Of a DNA stretch of 39,493 nt, positions 36,299 to 39,493 are shown piece after piece. The notes below the pieces were generated by a model. The model was not told the origin of the DNA. It saw only the letters and a list, made by a program, of their open reading frames with translations, and made no database searches. A program made the position numbers and the translations under genes. This DNA is from an uncultured bacterium (GTDB lineage: Bacteria > Acidobacteriota > Aminicenantia > Aminicenantales > Aminicenantaceae), in NCBI GenBank assembly GCA_965373045.1, contig CBDVEQ010000001.1, forward strand, positions 1-39,493, in the 5' to 3' direction. Every line of letters begins with the position of its first letter. Positions within the stretch are counted from its first letter, which is position 1.

Positions 36299-36316
36299 GC
36301 AACTAAAATTAGTTGC
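36299..36316. promoter_or_regulatory. palindrome gcaactaa-aa-ttagttgc upstream of hicA (candidate HicB operator, or terminator of the upstream gene)
   Basis: The arms are a perfect 8 bp with a 2-bp spacer. The palindrome lies 45-62 nt upstream of the hicA ATG. On the minus strand its end forms TTGCAT (-35-like), followed by a 17-nt spacer and TACATT. Confidence 0.4.
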
Positions 36317-36345
36317 GTTTATTTTGAATATGATCAGAACTTCAA

Positions 36346-37827
36346 CTAACCGGTCTTTTTGGCTTCCTGCTCCTGTCCGGCCTGCCTCAGGGTAAGACTG
36401 ATTACCCGGTTTTGGGCATCTTTATTGAAAAAGATCTGGATGTAGGGTGATGTGGAAAAAAAAGTGGTGTGGTTTTCAACAAAAAATTTTGTCGGCGCCT
36501 GACCTGAGGGCTGGATAATAAGGTAATAATCTTCATAGGTAACAGTGAGTATATAGTCGGGATTGACCTCATATCTGCCCACATACTGCTGATAGATAGA
36601 TGGATCCAGCCTGTAGAGCGGCTTGATATTTGGTTGAAAGTGCGGCCATTCATAAGTCAGTGAAATACTCCTGAGCATCTCCTCGATGAGGAACTGTCCG
36701 TTTGCGCTGTTGGTCATTAAAACCGCTCCCTGCCCTTTCTGGGGATAGAGGATCATGTATGCCTGGAATCCTTCTGTGCTGCCCTTTATGTTGATGTTGA
36801 GATTATCATCACTATCGTCGATGGAAAAACCAAGCCCTTGATTGCCGGCCTGGGGAGTCAGCATTGTGCGGGCTGTTTGTGGAGAGATAACACTTTGTGT
36901 TTTTCCCATGGCCGTGTTTATGACCGCCAGGGCAAAATTTGCCATGTCTGTGGGCGTTGTCCACAAGCCTGAAGCGGCCTGCGCCGGATAATTAAGCCAT
37001 TTTACTTCCAGGGGTTGTCCTTCCCTCAGATGCCCGGATGCTGCTTTATGCTCCAATGGAACCGGAGAAGTGGCGGCAAATGTGCTGTGGTCCATTTTTA
37101 GGGGTAAAAGAACAGTCTTATCTAAAATCGCGGTGAAGGGATCATTGTTAAACTCTGACAGCAGAAGCTGAAGAATGGCATATCCTCCCTGCGAAAAACG
37201 TACCTGTGAGCCCGGTTCAAAATCGATATTGAGAGGGGGATTTGAAGCGGGCTTTTTTCCGTTAAGGACCTGTTGAATTGTCGGGAGGTATTTTCCCTGC
37301 TTGTATCCCGGAAGAACAGGAAGATTTGCACCGGAGCTGTGGCTGAGCAGATAGCGGAGGGAAACAGGTGTCTTTCGTGTGTTTCGGTTTGTTTTAATCT
37401 TCCAGGTTGTTAAATAGCGGTTGATATCCTCGTCCAGATCAAAAATCCCCTTTTCAACAAAAGAAAGGACTGCGAGTGCGGCCACAGGCTGGCTCAATTC
37501 CCCGGCTTGAAACAATGTTTCTATTGTAACCGGATCGTACGAGGAGGTATCTTTGATGCCGTATGATTTGGCCCATTCTATCTGATAGTTATCAATAACA
37601 GCCAGGCTAATTCCGGGAACGCGGTAATATGACATCCTTTCCGGAAGCTCCATTTTCTTGAGCGGCATTCCCTTGATAGAGACTGTTTCCAGAAGGCTTC
37701 TTTCCACGGATTTGATGCGCTTTCTTGTCAGCGTCTCCGAGGTTTCGCAGCCGGAGTAAAGGAGGAGAATTATTGATGCTGCTGTGATAGAAAAAAGCAA
37801 TAAGCTTTTTGTCCAAGTTTTGGCCAT
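36346..37827 (-). CDS. beta-lactamase-fold (serine-hydrolase family) lipoprotein with DUF3471-like C-terminal domain; catalytic motifs degenerate
   Basis: 493-aa ORF with the lipobox LLYSGC (Cys27). The family blocks are collinear: PGISLAVIDN, TLFQAGELSQPVAALAVL..EKG, LRYLLSHSSGA, PGSQVRFSQGGYAILQLL and LMTNS. The C-terminal block YVGRYEVNPDYILTVTYEDYYLIIQPSGQ is also present. Residues at the SxxK, YxN and K/H-T/S-G positions are substituted. Confidence 0.8.
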   Translation of the reverse strand: MAKTWTKSLLLFSITAASIILLLYSGCETSETLTRKRIKSVERSLLETVSIKGMPLKKMELPERMSYYRVPGISLAVIDNYQIEWAKSYGIKDTSSYDPVTIETLFQAGELSQPVAALAVLSFVEKGIFDLDEDINRYLTTWKIKTNRNTRKTPVSLRYLLSHSSGANLPVLPGYKQGKYLPTIQQVLNGKKPASNPPLNIDFEPGSQVRFSQGGYAILQLLLSEFNNDPFTAILDKTVLLPLKMDHSTFAATSPVPLEHKAASGHLREGQPLEVKWLNYPAQAASGLWTTPTDMANFALAVINTAMGKTQSVISPQTARTMLTPQAGNQGLGFSIDDSDDNLNINIKGSTEGFQAYMILYPQKGQGAVLMTNSANGQFLIEEMLRSISLTYEWPHFQPNIKPLYRLDPSIYQQYVGRYEVNPDYILTVTYEDYYLIIQPSGQAPTKFFVENHTTFFSTSPYIQIFFNKDAQNRVISLTLRQAGQEQEAKKTG

Positions 37828-38010
37828 AAAGGATTCCTTATTTAATAATGAACTTGCTTAAGCTTTTATTTTCCATGCGAGCATATAGTTTTGCAAGTCA
37901 TTATTAATTGATGTTGGCTGTTTACAGGGGAAAGCTTAACATATCCCTTATGGAAAACCCTGGTTGAGTTTAACAAAAACATGTGAGAACATACATTCAA
38001 GGAGTGAGAT

Positions 38011-39441
38011 ATGATTCATCGGAAGAATAAAGGGGTTTCGAGGCGTGAATTCCTCAAGGTCGCGGCCGTCGGGGGTGGGGCAGCGTTTTTCAACCTGGAC
38101 AGGATTGCTGGGGCCGGAATCACAACCCTACTGCCGGGCTGCCGGTCGGAGTTGCCTCTGAAAAACCAACAGCGCCCTAATGTGCTGTTCGTCATCGTCG
38201 ACGACCTCCGGCCCGAACTGGGATGCTACGGCAACACGGAAATAAAAACTCCGAATTTTGACCGGCTGGCCGGAGAGGGAGTCACCTTTGCACGGACCCA
38301 CTGCCAGGCTGCGGCCTGCGCGCCCTCCCGGGCCAGTGTCATGCTGGGCATGAGGCCCGACTCCACCCGGGTATGGAGCCTGGGCGAGAAGTTCCGGGAG
38401 ATCAATCCCGACTATGTCACCATGCCTCAGCATTTTAATAAACACGGCTACCACACCGTCTCAATGGGTAAGATCTTCCACAACCACATGCCCGATCCTA
38501 TTTCCTTTGTTGAACCGGACTTGAAGCCGGCGGAGTACATGACCCCTGAGATGATCGACCGGGATCCGGAATCCTTCTATTATGACGAAGAATTGAACGA
38601 GGAACTGGCCCAGGTCAGGGTGAGGAGGCTGGCGAAGAATCCCAATGCTTATGCCGGCGGTTGGGCCTACGGCCGCTCCTGGGAATGTTCTGAGGCGCCC
38701 GACAATGCCTTTTACGACGGGGCCCAAACCGACCTGGCCCTTGAAAAGTTGAAAGAACTGAAAGAGAAGGACCAGCCCTTTTATTTTGCTTTGGGTTACT
38801 TCCGACCACACTTGCCTTTTGTAACCCCAAAGAAATACTGGGACCTCTATGACCGGAATGGGCTCTCGCTGGCCGACAATCCCTATCTGCCCAAGGATTC
38901 TCCGATCATGGCCATGAATTCCGCCTATGAGCTGACGGGCTGTTATGACCTGGAGTGGGTCAAGCACCCCTCGGTCGCACAGCTCCCTGAGGATACCGCC
39001 CGTCTGTTGAAGCATGGATATTATGCCTCCGTCAGCTACGTGGACGCGTGTCTCGGCCGCCTGATGGACGGGTTGAAAGAGCTTGGATTGGACAAAAATA
39101 CGATCGTGGTCGTCTGGGGCGATCACGGCTGGAAGCTGGGAGAACACGGCAGCTGGTGCAAACAGACAAACTACAACATCGACACGCGGGTTCCTTTGAT
39201 CATTCGGATACCCGATATGCAGACCACGGGACAATCCTGCGGGCAGCTCACAGAGCTCGTAGACCTCTTCCCTACGCTCTGTGATCTTGCGGGAATTGAA
39301 GTTCCTGCTTACATGGAGGGCTCGAGCCTCAAGCTGCTGCTCAAGGATCCGGATCTGAAAATAAAGAATGCCGCATTCAGCCAGTATGTCCGGCGGCCGA
39401 AGAATTCGCCTGATGGGAAGCGTTACATGGGGTACTCTTGA
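38011..39441 (+). CDS. iduronate-2-sulfatase-like Cys-type sulfatase, apparently 3'-truncated; GC-rich
   Basis: 476-aa ORF with an AAGGAG RBS and leader SRREFLKVAAVGGGAAFF. It has VDDLRPELGCYG, C-A-P-S-R (AACAPSRASVMLGMRPDSTRVW) and GDHGWKLGEHG. It ends at ...FSQYVRRPKNSPDGKRYMGYS*, where the family normally continues. Confidence 0.85.
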   Translation: MIHRKNKGVSRREFLKVAAVGGGAAFFNLDRIAGAGITTLLPGCRSELPLKNQQRPNVLFVIVDDLRPELGCYGNTEIKTPNFDRLAGEGVTFARTHCQAAACAPSRASVMLGMRPDSTRVWSLGEKFREINPDYVTMPQHFNKHGYHTVSMGKIFHNHMPDPISFVEPDLKPAEYMTPEMIDRDPESFYYDEELNEELAQVRVRRLAKNPNAYAGGWAYGRSWECSEAPDNAFYDGAQTDLALEKLKELKEKDQPFYFALGYFRPHLPFVTPKKYWDLYDRNGLSLADNPYLPKDSPIMAMNSAYELTGCYDLEWVKHPSVAQLPEDTARLLKHGYYASVSYVDACLGRLMDGLKELGLDKNTIVVVWGDHGWKLGEHGSWCKQTNYNIDTRVPLIIRIPDMQTTGQSCGQLTELVDLFPTLCDLAGIEVPAYMEGSSLKLLLKDPDLKIKNAAFSQYVRRPKNSPDGKRYMGYS

Positions 39442-39493
39442 TCGGCGACAATTACTTTTGCGGGTCGACGATGATTAGAATTGCGGTTTTTTC

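Noticed and set aside
36000-36302. Two points about HicA. First, the longer 100-aa version starts at 36302. Second, a G-S-R triplet replaces the G-S-H seen in some HicA toxins.
   Set aside because: The extension (MHLLWDYYTFYKKRRL) would place the start inside the palindrome/promoter region. I recall a HicA subfamily with GSR.. and LHKPHP blocks like this one, so I do not claim the toxin is inactive. This should be verified against the HicA HMM (PF07927).
37855-37940. Short 8-bp inverted pair (ttaagctt / aagcttaa) in the divergent region between the beta-lactamase-fold gene and the GC-rich sulfatase.
   Set aside because: It is too short and AT-rich to distinguish from chance in a 180-bp AT-rich spacer.
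38461-39234. A 257-aa antisense ORF (plus 38128-38454 and 38615-38830) inside the GC-rich sulfatase gene.
   Set aside because: The explanation is the same GC-driven shadow-ORF effect. The sense strand carries unmistakable sulfatase motifs.

Overview
This is a dense, almost entirely protein-coding bacterial window. I call 28 CDS and recognise no rRNA, tRNA, CRISPR array, transposase or integrase. Background GC is low: about 33-43% in the 60-nt lines I counted by hand.

Theme 1 is sulfated-glycan catabolism.
- There are five Cys-type sulfatases: 517-1839, 1880-3844, 31636-33096, 33108-34616 and 38011-39441.
- A partial GH29 alpha-L-fucosidase sits at the left edge (1-490). It is missing from the supplied ORF track and I translated it by hand.
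- A GH116 hydrolase lies at 23739-26480.
- A radical-SAM anaerobic sulfatase maturase (30362-31630) carries an extra C-terminal SEC-C zinc motif.
- All five sulfatases and the fucosidase have twin-arginine-type leaders.

Theme 2 is the cell envelope.
- Two diverged full-length paralogues of an uncharacterised ~790-aa polytopic membrane protein lie at 7619-10015 and 13544-15910. Both have a GT-C-like FSGDEPxYL loop.
- They bracket a 1143-aa DUF5107-like/TPR lipoprotein gene. Its GC (52-60% in sampled lines) is far above the flanks, and the shift coincides with the CDS boundaries.
- A tightly packed plus-strand string follows: TolC-like protein, GT2, GT4, OSBS/NAAAR-type enolase, purM.

Other content:
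- a zinc-ribbon/TPR Ser/Thr kinase, and argF;
- two secreted VWA-type proteins;
- a Na/Pi-cotransporter plus PhoU-domain pair;
- a hicAB toxin-antitoxin pair with an upstream palindrome;
- a beta-lactamase-fold lipoprotein whose three catalytic motifs all look substituted;
- a 730-bp repeat-rich non-coding island (23009-23738);
- a second GC-rich gene, an iduronate-2-sulfatase-like CDS at 38011-39441, which appears 3'-truncated.

Lineage is a guess only. The TIGR03436-like VWFA protein, the CarboxypepD_reg-VWA protein and the TPR kinase are reminiscent of Acidobacteriota-like uncultured anaerobes.

The candidate for something undescribed is the membrane-protein / TPR-lipoprotein / membrane-protein triad with its neighbours. 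This rests on motif-level reading only, with no database search.
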